Shown in pieces: positions 1-13,700 of a DNA stretch of 64,000 bases. Position 1 is the first letter of the stretch, and each line of letters opens with the position of its first letter. Position numbers and translations under genes: made by a program. Origin of the DNA: Eledone cirrhosa (Eukaryota); contig OZ024740.1 of assembly GCA_964016885.1 (NCBI GenBank), positions 28,458,001 to 28,522,000 of the forward strand, written 5' to 3'. The notes below the pieces were generated by a model. It was not told where the DNA came from, did not search any database, and worked only from the letters and a program-made list of their open reading frames with translations.

Positions 1-2395
1 GATTTTCCAGAGTATATGTGATTTTTCTGTGTATATATAATTTTCCTGAGTATATGTGACTTTCCTGAGTATATGTGATTTCCCTGAGTATATGTGATTT
101 TCCTCAGTATATGCGATTTTCCTGACAATATTTGATTTTCCTGAGTATATGTGATTTTCCTGAGTATATGTGATTTTCCTGAGTATATGTGATTTTCTTG
201 AGTATATGTGATTTTCATGAGTATATGTGATTTCCCTGAGTATATGTGATTTTCCTGACTATTTGTGATTTTCCTGACTATGTGATTTTCTTGACTATAT
301 GTGATTTTCCTGAGTATATGTGATTTTCCTGACTATATGTGATTTTCCTGAGTATATAAAATTTCCCTGAGTATATGTGATTTTCCTGAGTATATGTGAT
401 TTTCCTGACTATATGTGATTTTCCTGAGTATATGTGATTTCCCTGACTATATGTGATTTTCCTGAGTATATGTAATTTCCCTGAGTATATGTGATTTTCC
501 TGAGTATATGTGATCTCCTGACTATATGTGATTTTCCTGAGTATATGTGATTTCCCTGACTATATGTGATTTCCCTGAGTATATGTGATTTTCCTGAGTA
601 TATGTGATTTTCCGGAGTATATGTGATTTCCCTGACTATATGTGATTTTCATGATTATATGTGATCTTCCTGAGTATATGTGATTTTCCTGAGTATATGT
701 GATTTCCCTGAACATATGTGATTTTCCTGAGTATATGTGATCTTCCTGAGTATATGTGATTTTCCTGAGTATATGCGATTTTCCTGAGTATATGTGATTT
801 TCCTGACTATATGTGATTTTCCTGAGTATATGTGATTTTCCTGAGTATATGTGATTTTGCTGACTATATGTGATTTTCCTGAGTATATGTGATTTCCCTG
901 AGTATATGTGATTTTCCTGAGTATATGTGATTTTCCTGACTATATGTGATTTTCCTGAGTATATGTGATTTTCCTGACTATATGTGATTTTCCTGAGTAT
1001 ATGTGATCTTCCTGAGTATATGTGATCTTCCTGAGCATATGTGATTTTCCTGAGTATGGGCGATTTTCCTGAGTATATGTGATTTTTCTGAGTATATGTG
1101 ATTTTCCTGAGTATATGTGATTTCCCTGAATATATGTGATTTTCCTGAGTATATGTGATTTTTCTGTGTATATATGATTTTCATGAGTATATGTGATTTT
1201 CATGAGTATATGTGATTTCCCTGAGCATATGTGATTTTCCTCAGTATATGTGATTTTCCTGACAATATGTGATTTTCCTGAGTATATGTGATCTTCCTGA
1301 GTATATGTGATTTTCCTGACTATATGTGATTTTCCTGAGTATATGTGATTTTCATGACTATATGTGATTTTCCTGAGTATATGTGATTTTCCTGACTATA
1401 TGTGATTTTCCTGACAATATGTGATTTTCCTGAGTATGTGTGATTTCCCTGAGTATATGTCATTTTCATGAGTATACGTGATTTTCCTGAGTATATGTAA
1501 TTTCTTTGAGTATATGTGATTTCCCTGACTATATGTGATGTTCCTGAGTATATGTGATCTTCCTGAGTATATGTGATTTTCCTGAGTATAGGCGATTTTC
1601 CTGAGTATATGTGATTTTTCTGACTATATGTGATCTTCCTGAGTATATGTGATTTCCCTGAGTATATGTGATTTTCCTGAGTATATATGATTTTCCTGAG
1701 TATATGTTATTTTCCTGAGTATATGTGATTTCCCTGAATATATGTGATTTTCCAGAGTATATGTGATTTTTCTGTGTATATATAATTTTCCTGAGTATAT
1801 GTGACTTTCCTGAGTATATGTGATTTCCCTGAGTATATGTGATTTTCCTCAGTATATGTGATTTTCCTGACAATATTTGATTTTCCTGAGTATATGTGAT
1901 TTTCCTGAGTATATGTGATTTTCCTGAGTATATGTGATTTTCTTGAGTATATGTGATTTTCATGAGTATATGTGATTTCCCTGAGTATATGTGATTTTCC
2001 TGACTATTTGTGATTTTCCTGACTATGTGATTTTCTTGACTATATGTGATTTTCCTGAGTATATGTGATTTTCCTGACTATATGTGATTTTCCTGAGTAT
2101 ATAAAATTTCCCTGAGTATATGTGATTTTCCTGAGTATATGTGATTTTCCTGACTATATGTGATTTTCCTGAGTATATGTGATTTCCCTGACTATATGTG
2201 ATTTTCCTGAGTATATGTAATTTCCCTGAGTATATGTGATTTTCCTGAGTATATGTGATCTCCTGACTATATGTGATTTTCCTGAGTATATGTGATTTCC
2301 CTGACTATATGTGATTTCCCTGAGTATATGTGATTTTCCTGAGTATATGTGATTTTCCGGAGTATATGTGATTTCCCTGACTATATGTGATTTTC
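1..2395 (+). repeat. Higher-order block containing a 1745-bp (92-monomer) period; near-identical copy at 14171-16565
   Basis: GATTTTCCAGAG occurs at 1 and 1746. The rare junction CTGAACATAT occurs at ~708 and ~14878 (offset 14170). ORFs at 940/15110 and 1529/15699 share offset 14170, and ORFs 13365/15110 are offset by 1745. Confidence 0.85.
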
Positions 2396-3019
2396 ATGAT
2401 TATATGTGATCTACCTGAGTATATGTGATTTTCCTGAGTATATGTGATTTCCCTGAGTATATGTGATTTTCCTGAGTATATGTGATTTTCATACTATATG
2501 TGATTTTCCTGAGTATATGTGATTTTCATGACTATGTGATTTTCCTGACAATATGTGATTTTCATGAGTATATGTGATTTTCCTGAGTATATGTGATTTT
2601 CTTGAGTATATGTGATTTTCCTGCGTATATGTGATTTCCCTGAGTATATATGATTTTCCTGACTATTTGTGATTTTCCTGACTATGTGATTTTCTTGACT
2701 ATATGTGATTTTCCTGAGTATATGTGATTTTGCTGACTATATGTGATTTTCCTGAGTATATAAAATTTCCCTGAGTATATGTGATTTTCCTGAGTATATG
2801 TGATTTTCCTGACTATATGTGCTTTTCCTGAGTATATGTGATTTCCCTGACTATATGTGATTTCCCGGAGTATATGTGATCTTCCTGAGTATATGTAATT
2901 TTCCTGAGTATATGTGATTTTCCTGAGTATATGTGATTTCCCTGAGTATAAGTGATTTTCCTGAGTATATGTGATTTTCATGAGTATATGTGATATTCCT
3001 GAGTATATGTGATTTTCCT

Positions 3020-6000
3020 GACTATATGTGATTTTCCTGAGTATATGTGATCTTCCTGAGTATATGTGATTTTCCTGAGTATATGCGATTTTCCTGAGTA
3101 TATCTGATTTTCCTGAGAATATGTGATTTATTTGAGTATATGTGATTTCCCTGACTATATGTGATTTTCCTGAGTATATGTGATTTCCCTGAGTATATGT
3201 GACATTCCTGAGTATATGTTATTTTCCTGAGTATTTGATTTTCCTGACTATTTGTGATTTTCCTGACTATATGTGATTTTCATGAGTATATGTGATCTTC
3301 CTGAGTATATGTGATTTTCCTGAGTATATGCGATTTTCCTGAGTATATGTGATTTTTCTGAGTATATGTGATTTTGCTGACTATATGTGATCTTCCTCAG
3401 TATATGTGATTTCCCGCAATATACGTGATTTTCCTGAGTATTTGATTTTCCTGACTATTTGTGATTTTCCTGACTATATGTGATTTTCATGAGTATATGT
3501 GATTTCCCTGAGTATATGTGATTTTGCTGACTATTTGTGATTTTCCTGAGTATATGTGATTTTCCTGACTATATGTGATTTTCCTGAGTATATGTGATCT
3601 TCCTGAGTATATGTGATTTTCCTGAGTATAGGCGATTTTCCTGAGTATATGTGATTTTGCTGACTATATGTGATCTTCCTCAGTATATGTGATTTCCCGC
3701 AATATATGTGATTTTCCTGAGTGTATGTGATTTTCCTGAGTATATGTGATCTCCCTGAATATATGTGATTTTCCTGAGTATATGTGATTTTCCTGTGTAT
3801 ATATGATTTTCCTGAGTATATGTGATGTTCCTGAGTATATGTGATCTTCCTGAGCATATGTGATTTTCCTGAGTATGGGCGATTTTCCTGAGTATATGTT
3901 ATTTTTCTGAGTATATGTGATTTTCCTGAGTATATGTTATTTTCCTGAGTATATGTGATTTTTCTGTGTATATATGATTTTCATGAGTATATGTGATTTT
4001 CATGAGTATATGTGATTTCCCTGAGCATATGTGATTTTCCTCAGTATATGTGATTTTCCTGACAATATGTGATTTTCCTGAGTATATGTGATTTTCCTGA
4101 GTATATGTGATTTTCCTGAGTATATGTGATTTTCTTGAGTATATGTGATTTTTCTGAGTATATGTGATTTCCCTGAGTATATGTGATTTTCCAGAGTATT
4201 TGTGATTTTCCTGAGTATATGTGATTTTCTTGACTATATGTGATTTTCCTGAGTATATGAAATTTCCCTGAGTATATGTGATTTTCCTGAGTATATGTGA
4301 TTTTCCTGACTATATGTGATTTTCCTGAGTATATGTGATTTCCCTGAGTATATGTGATTTTCCTGAGTATATGTTATTATCCTGAGTATTTGATTTTCCT
4401 GACTATTTGTGATTTTCCTGACTATATGTGATTTTCCTGAGTATATGTGATCTTCCTGAGTATATGTGATTTTCCTGAGTATATGCGATTTTCCTGAGTA
4501 TATGTGATTTTCCTGACTATATGTGATTTTCCTGAGTATATGTGATTTTCCTGAGTATATGTGATTTTGCTGACTATATGTGATTTTCCTGAGTATATGT
4601 GATTTCCCTGAGTATATGTGATTTTCCTGAGTATATGTGATTTTCCTGACTATATGTGATTTTCCTGAGTATATGTGATTTTCCTGACTATATGTGATTT
4701 TCCTGAGTATATGTGATCTTCCTGAGTATATGTGATCTTCCTGAGCATATGTGATTTTCCTGAGTATGGGCGATTTTCCTGAGTATATGTGATTTTTCTG
4801 AGTATATGTGATTTTCCTGTGTATATGTGATTTCCCTGAATATATGTGATTTTCCTGAGTATATGTGATTTTTCTGTGTATATATGATTTTCATGAGTAT
4901 ATGTGATTTTCATGAGTATATGTGATTTCCCTGAGCATATGTGATTTTCCTCAGTATATGTGATTTTCCTGACAATATGTGATTTTCCTGAGTATATGTG
5001 ATCTTCCTGAGTATATGTGATTTTCCTGACTATATGTGATTTTCCTGAGTATATGTGATTTTCCTGAGTATATGTGATCTTCCTGAGTATATGTGATTTT
5101 CCTGAGTATATGCGATTTTCCTGAGTATATGTGATTTTCCTGAGAATATGTGATTTATTTGAGTATATGTGATTTCCCTGACTATATGTGATTTTCCTGA
5201 GTATATGTGATTTCCCTGAGTATATGTGACATTCCTGAGTATATGTTATTTTCCTGAGTATTTGATTTTCCTGACTATTTGTGATTTTCCTGACTATATG
5301 TGATTTTCATGAGTATATGTGATCTTCCTGAGTATATGTGATTTTCCTGAGTATATGCGATTTTCCTGAGTATATGTGATTTTTCTGAGTATATGTGATT
5401 TTGCTGACTATATGTGACCTTCCTCAGTATATGTGATTTCCCGCAATATACGTGATTTTCCTGAGTATTTGATTTTCCTGACTATTTGTGATTTTCCTGA
5501 CTATATGTGATTTTCATGAGTATATGTGATTTCCCTGAGTATATGGGATTTTGCTGACTATTTGTGATTCTCCTGAGTATATGTGATTTTCCTGACTATA
5601 TGTGATTTTCCTGAGTATATGTGATCTTCCTGAGTATATGTGATTTTCCTGAGTATAGGCGATTTTCCTGAGTATATGTGATTTTGCTGACTATATGTGA
5701 TCTTCCTCAGTATATGTGATTTCCCGCAATATATGTGATTTTCCTGAGTGTATGTGATTTTCCTGAGTATATGTGATCTCCCTGAATATATGTGATTTTC
5801 CTGAGTATATGTGATTTTCCTGTGTATATATGATTTTCCTGAGTATATGTGATGTTCCTGAGTATATGTGATCTTCCTGAGCATATGTGATTTTCCTGAG
5901 TATGGGCGATTTTCCTGAGTATATGTTATTTTTCTGAGTATATGTGATTTTCCTGAGTATATGTTATTTTCCTGAGTATATGTGATTTTTCTGTGTATAT

Positions 6001-7080
6001 ATGATTTTCATGAGTATATGTGATTTTCATGAGTATATGTGATTTCCCTGAGCATATGTGATTTTCCTCAGTATATGTGATTTTCCTGACAATATTTGAT
6101 TTTCCTGAGTATATGTGATTTTCCTGAGTATATGTGATTTTCCTGAGTATATGTGATTTTCTTGAGTATATGTGATTTTTCTGAGTATATGTGATTTCCC
6201 TGAGTATATGTGATTTTCCTGAGTATTTGTGATTTTCCTGAGTATATGTGATTTTCTTGACTATATGTGATTTTCCTGAGTATATGAAATTTCCCTGAGT
6301 ATATGTGATTTTCCTGAGTATATGTGATTTTCCTGACTATATGTGATTTTCCTGAGTATATGTGATTTCCCTGAGTATATGTGATTTTCCTGAGTATATG
6401 TTATTATCCTGAGTATTTAATTTTCCTGACTATTTGTGATTTTCCTGAATATATGTGATTTTCCTGAGTATATGTGATCTTCCTGAGTATATGTGATTTT
6501 CCTGAGTATATGCGATTTTCCTGAGTATATGTGATTTTCCTGACTATATGTGATTTTCCTGAGTATATGTGATTTTCCTGAGTATATGTGATTTTGCTGA
6601 CTATATGTGATTTTCCTGAGTATATGTGATTTCCCTGAGTATATGTGATTTTCCTGAGGATATGTGATTTTCCTGACTATATGTGATTTTCCTGAGTATA
6701 TGTGATTTTCCTGACTATATGTGATTTTCCTGAGTATATGTGATCTTCCTGAGTATATGTGATCTTCCTGAGCATATGTGATTTTCCTGAGTATGGGCGA
6801 TTTTCCTGAGTATATGTGATTTTTCTGAGTATATGTGATTTTCCTGAGTATATGTGATTTCCCTGAATATATGTGATTTTCCTGAGTATATGTGATTTTT
6901 CTGTGTATATATGATTTTCATGAGTATATGTGATTTTCATGAGTATATGTGATTTCCCTGAGCATATGTGATTTTCCTCAGTATATGTGATTTTCCTGAC
7001 AATATGTGATTTTCCTGAGTATATGTGATCTTCCTGAGTATATGTGATTTTCCTGACTATATGTGATTTTCCTGAGTATA
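3020..7080 (+). repeat. Tandem duplication with a 2027-bp unit (107 monomers, three of them 17 bp)
   Basis: ORF pairs 3531/5558 and 4650/6677 are both offset by 2027. Markers GAGAATATGTGATTTATTTGAG, GACATTCC and CCCGCAATATACG recur in the same order. Confidence 0.85.
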
Positions 7081-9619
7081 TGTGATTTTCATGACTATAT
7101 GTGATTTTCCTGAGTATATGTGATTTTCCTGACTATATGTGATTTTCCTGACAATATGTGATTTTCCTGAGTATGTGTGATTTCCCTGAGTATATGTCAT
7201 TTTCATGAGTATACGTGATTTTCCTGAGTATATGTAATTTCTTTGAGTATATGTGATTTCCCTGACTATATGTGATGTTCCTGAGTATATGTGATCTTCC
7301 TGAGTATATGTGATTTTCCTGAGTATAGGCGCTTTTCCTGAGTATATGTGATTTTTCTGACTATATGTGATCTTCCTGAGTATATGTGATTTCCCTGAGT
7401 ATATGTGATTTTCCTGAGTATATATGATTTTCCTGAGTATATGTTATTTTCCTGAGTATATGTGATTTCCCTGAATATATGTGATTTTCCAGAGTATATG
7501 TGATTTTTCTGTGTATATATAATTTTCCTGAGTATATGTGACTTTCCTGAGTATATGTGATTTCCCTGAGTATATGTGATTTTCCTCAGTATATGCGATT
7601 TTCCTGACAATATTTGATTTTCCTGAGTATATGTGATTTTCCTGAGTATATGTGATTTTCCTGAGTATATGTGATTTTCTTGAGTATATGTGATTTTCAT
7701 GAGTATATGTGATTTCCCTGAGTATATGTGATTTTCCTGACTATTTGTGATTTTCCTGACTATGTGATTTTCTTGACTATATGTGATTTTCCTGAGTATA
7801 TGTGATTTTCCTGACTATATGTGATTTTCCTGAGTATATAAAATTTCCCTGAGTATATGTGATTTTCCTGAGTATATGTGATTTTCCTGACTATATGTGA
7901 TTTTCCTGAGTATATGTGATTTCCCTGACTATATGTGATTTTCCTGAGTATATGTAATTTCCCTGAGTATATGTGATTTTCCTGAGTATATGTGATCTCC
8001 TGACTATATGTGATTTTCCTGAGTATATGTGATTTCCCTGACTATATGTGATTTCCCTGAGTATATGTGATTTTCCTGAGTATATGTGATTTTCCGGAGT
8101 ATATGTGATTTCCCTGACTATATGTGATTTTCCTCAGTATATGTGATTTTCCTGACAATATGTGATTTTCCTGAGTATATGTGATCTTCCTGAGTATATG
8201 TGATTTTCCTGACTATATGTGATTTTCCTGAGTATATGTGATTTTCCTGAGTATATGTGATCTTCCTGAGTATATGTGATTTTCCTGAGTATATGCGATT
8301 TTCCTGAGTATATGTGATTTTCCTGAGAATATGTGATTTATTTGAGTATATGTGATTTCCCTGACTATATGTGATTTTCCTGAGTATATGTGATTTCCCT
8401 GAGTATATGTGACATTCCTGAGTATATGTTATTTTCCTGAGTATTTGATTTTCCTGATTATTTGTGATTTTCCTGACTATATGTGATTTTCATGAGTATA
8501 TGTGATCTTCCTGAGTATATGTGATTTTCCTGAGTATATGCGATTTTCCTGAGTATATGTGATTTTTCTGAGTATATGTGATTTTGCTGACTATATGTGA
8601 CCTTCCTCAGTATATGTGATTTCCCGCAATATACGTGATTTTCCTGAGTATTTGATTTTCCTGACTATTTGTGATTTTCCTGACTATATGTGATTTTCAT
8701 GAGTATATGTGATTTCCCTGAGTATATGGGATTTTGCTGACTATTTGTGATTCTCCTGAGTATATGTGATTTTCCTGACTATATGTGATTTTCCTGAGTA
8801 TATGTGATCTTCCTGAGTATATGTGATTTTCCTGAGTATAGGCGATTTTCCTGAGTATATGTGATTTTGCTGACTATATGTGATCTTCCTCAGTATATGT
8901 GATTTCCCGCAATATATGTGATTTTCCTGAGTGTATGTGATTTTCCTGAGTATATGTGATCTCCCTGAATATATGTGATTTTCCTGAGTATATGTGATTT
9001 TCCTGTGTATATATGATTTTCCTGAGTATATGTGATGTTCCTGAGTATATGTGATCTTCCTGAGCATATGTGATTTTCCTGAGTATGGGCGATTTTCCTG
9101 AGTATATGTTATTTTTCTGAGTATATGTTATTTTCCTGAGTATATGTTATTTTCCTGAGTATATGTGATTTTTCTGTGTATATATGATTTTCATGAGTAT
9201 ATGTGATTTTCATGAGTATATGTGATTTCCCTGAGCATATGTGATTTTCCTCAGTATATGTGATTTTCCTGACAATATGTGATTTTCCTGAGTATATGTG
9301 ATTTTCCTGAGTATATGTGATTTTCCTGAGTATATGTGATTTTCTTGAGTATATGTGATTTTTCTGAGTATATGTGATTTCCCTGAGTATATGTGATTTT
9401 CCTGAGTATTTGTGATTTTCCTGAGTATATGTGATTTTCTTGACTATATGTGATTTTCCTGAGTATATGAAATTTCCCTGAGTATATGTGATTTTCCTGA
9501 GTATATGTGATTTTCCTGACTATATGTGATTTTCCTGAGTATATGTGATTTCCCTGAGTATATGTGATTTTCCTGAGTATATGTTATTATCCTGAATATA
9601 TGTGATTTTCCTGAGTATA

Positions 9620-10740
9620 TGTGATCTTCCTGAGTATATGTGATTTTCCTGAGTATATGCGATTTTCCTGAGTATATGTGATTTTCCTGACTATATGTGA
9701 TTTTCCTGAGTATATGTGATTTTCCTGAGTATATGTGATTTTGCTGACTATATGTGATTTTCCTGAGTATATGTGATTTCCCTGAGTATATGTGATTTTC
9801 CTGAGTATATGTGATTTTCCTGACTATATGTGATTTTCCTGAGTATATGTGATTTTCCTGACTATATGTGATTTTCCTGAGTATATGTGATCTTCCTGAG
9901 TATATGTGATCTTCCTGAGCATATGTGATTTTCCTGAGTATGGGCGATTTTCCTGAGTATATGTGATTTTTCTGAGTATATGTGATTTTCCTGAGTATAT
10001 GTGATTTCCCTGAATATATGTGATTTTCCTGAGTATATGTGATTTTTCTGTGTATATATGATTTTCATGAGTATATGTGATTTTCATGAGTATATGTGAT
10101 TTCCCTGAGCATATGTGATTTTCCTCAGTATATGTGATTTTCCTGACAATATGTGATTTTCCTGAGTATATGTGATCTTCCTGAGTATATGTGATTTTCC
10201 TGAGTATATGCGATTTTCCTGAGTATATGTGATTTTCCTGACTATATGTGATTTTCCTGAGTATATGTGATTTTCCTGAGTATATGTGATTTTGCTGACT
10301 ATATGTGATTTTCCTGAGTATATGTGATTTCCCTGAGTATATGTGATTTTCCTGAGTATATGTGATTTTCCTGACTATATGTGATTTTCCTGAGTATATG
10401 TGATTTTCCTGACTATATGTGATTTTCCTGAGTATATGTGATCTTCCTGAGTATATGTGATCTTCCTGAGCATATGTGATTTTCCTGAGTATGGGCGATT
10501 TTCCTGAGTATATGTGATTTTTCTGAGTATATGTGATTTTCCTGAGTATATGTGATTTCCCTGAATATATGTGATTTTCCTGAGTATATGTGATTTTTCT
10601 GTGTATATATGATTTTCATGAGTATATGTGATTTTCATGAGTATATGTGATTTCCCTGAGCATATGTGATTTTCCTCAGTATATGTGATTTTCCTGACAA
10701 TATGTGATTTTCCTGAGTATATGTGATCTTCCTGAGTATA
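9620..10740 (+). repeat. Local tandem duplication of 551 bp (29 monomers)
   Basis: Identical 87-aa ORFs at 9824 and 10375; 551 = 29 x 19. Confidence 0.85.
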
Positions 10741-13700
10741 TGTGATTTTCCTGACTATATGTGATTTTCCTGAGTATATGTGATTTTCATGACTATATGT
10801 GATTTTCCTGAGTATATGTGATTTTCCTGACTATATGTGATTTTCCTGACAATATGTGATTTTCCTGAGTATGTGTGATTTCCCTGAGTATATGTCATTT
10901 TCATGAGTATACGTGATTTTCCTGAGTATATGTAATTTCTTTGAGTATATGTGATTTCCCTGACTATATGTGATGTTCCTGAGTATATGTGATCTTCCTG
11001 AGTATATGTGATTTTCCTGAGTATAGGCGATTTTCCTGAGTATATGTGATTTTTCTGACTATATGTGATCTTCCTGAGTATATGTGATTTCCCTGAGTAT
11101 ATGTGATTTTCCTGAGTATATATGATTTTCCTGAGTATATGTTATTTTCCTGAGTATATGTGATTTCCCTGAATATATGTGATTTTCCAGAGTATATGTG
11201 ATTTTTCTGTGTATATATAATTTTCCTGAGTATATGTGACTTTCCTGAGTATATGTGATTTCCCTGAGTATATGTGATTTTCCTCAGTATATGCGATTTT
11301 CCTGACAATATTTGATTTTCCTGAGTATATGTGATTTTCCTGAGTATATGTGATTTTCCTGAGTATATGTGATTTTCTTGAGTATATGTGATTTTCATGA
11401 GTATATGTGATTTCCCTGAGTATATGTGATTTTCCTGACTATTTGTGATTTTCCTGACTATGTGATTTTCTTGACTATATGTGATTTTCCTGAGTATATG
11501 TGATTTTCCTGACTATATGTGATTTTCCTGAGTATATAAAATTTCCCTGAGTATATGTGATTTTCCTGAGTATATGTGATTTTCCTGACTATATGTGATT
11601 TTCCTGAGTATATGTGATTTCCCTGACTATATGTGATTTTCCTGAGTATATGTAATTTCCCTGAGTATATGTGATTTTCCTGAGTATATGTGATCTCCTG
11701 ACTATATGTGATTTTCCTGAGTATATGTGATTTCCCTGACTATATGTGATTTCCCTGAGTATATGTGATTTTCCTGAGTATATGTGATTTTCCGGAGTAT
11801 ATGTGATTTCCCTGACTATATGTGATTTTCATGATTATATGTGATCTTCCTGAGTATATGTGATTTTCCTGAGTATATGTGATTTCCCTGAGTATATGTG
11901 ATTTTCCTGAGTATATGTGATTTTCATACTATATGTGATTTTCCTGAGTATATGTGATTTTCATGACTATGTGATTTTCCTGAGAATATGTGATTTTCAT
12001 GAGTATATGTGATTTTCCTGAGTATATGTGATCTTCTTGAGTATATGTGATTTTCTTGAGTATATGTGATTTTCCTGCGTATATGTGATTTCCCTGAGTA
12101 TATGTGATTTTCCTGACTATTTGTGATTTTCCTGACTATGTGATTTTCTTGACTATATGTGATTTTCCTGAGTATATGTGATTTTCCTGACTATATGTGA
12201 TTTTCCTGAGTATATGTGATTTCCCTGACTATATGTGATTTCCCGGAGTATATGTGATTTTCATGAGTATATGTGATTTTCCTGAGTATATGTGATCTTC
12301 CTGAGTATATGTGATTTTCATGAGTATATGTGATTTTCCTGAGTATATGTGATCTTCCTGAGTATATGTGATTTTCCTGAGTATATGTGATTTCCCTGAG
12401 TATATGTGATTTTCCTGAGTATATGTGATTTTCCTGACTATATGTGATTTTCCTGAGTATATGTGATTTTCCTGACTATATGTGATTTTCCTGAGTATAT
12501 GTGATTTTCCTGACTATATGTGATTTTCCTGACAATATGTGATTTTCCTGAGTATGTGTGATTTCCCTGAGTATATGTGATTTTCATGAGTATATGTGAT
12601 ATTCCTGAGTATATGTGATTTTCCTGACTATATGTGATTTTCCTGAGTATATGTAATCTTCCTCAGTATATAATTTTCCTGAGTATATGCGATTTTCCTG
12701 AGTATATGTGATTTTCCTGAGTATATGTGATTTATTTAAGTATATGTGATTTCCCTGACTATATGTGATTTTCCTGAGTATATGTGATTTTCCTGAGTAT
12801 ATGTGATTTTCCTGAGTATATGTGATTTTCCTGAGTATATGTGATTTTCTTGAGTATATGTGATTTTTCTGAGTATATGTGATTTCCCTGAGTATATGTG
12901 ATTTTCCTGAGTATTTGTGATTTTCCTGAGTATATGTGATTTTCTTGACTATATGTGATTTTCCTGAGTATATGAAATTTCCCTGAGTATATGTGATTTT
13001 CCTGAGTATATGTGATTTTCCTGACTATATGTGATTTTCCTGAGTATATGTGATTTCCCTGAGTATATGTGATTTTCCTGAGTATATGTTATTATCCTGA
13101 GTATTTAATTTTCCTGACTATTTGTGATTTTCCTGAATATATGTGATTTTCCTGAGTATATGTGATCTTCCTGAGTATATGTGATTTTCCTGAGTATATG
13201 CGATTTTCCTGAGTATATGTGATTTTCCTGACTATATGTGATTTTCCTGAGTATATGTGATTTTCCTGAGTATATGTGATTTTGCTGACTATATGTGATT
13301 TTCCTGAGTATATGTGATTTCCCTGAGTATATGTGATTTTCCTGAGTATATGTGATTTTCCTGACTATATGTGATTTTCCTGAGTATATGTGATTTTCCT
13401 GACTATATGTGATTTTCCTGAGTATATGTGATCTTCCTGAGTATATGTGATCTTCCTGAGCATATGTGATTTTCCTGAGTATGGGCGATTTTCCTGAGTA
13501 TATGTGATTTTTCTGAGTATATGTGATTTTCCTGAGTATATGTGATTTCCCTGAATATATGTGATTTTCCTGAGTATATGTGATTTTTCTGTGTATATAT
13601 GATTTTCATGAGTATATGTGATTTTCATGAGTATATGTGATTTCCCTGAGCATATGTGATTTTCCTCAGTATATGTGATTTTCCTGACAATATGTGATTT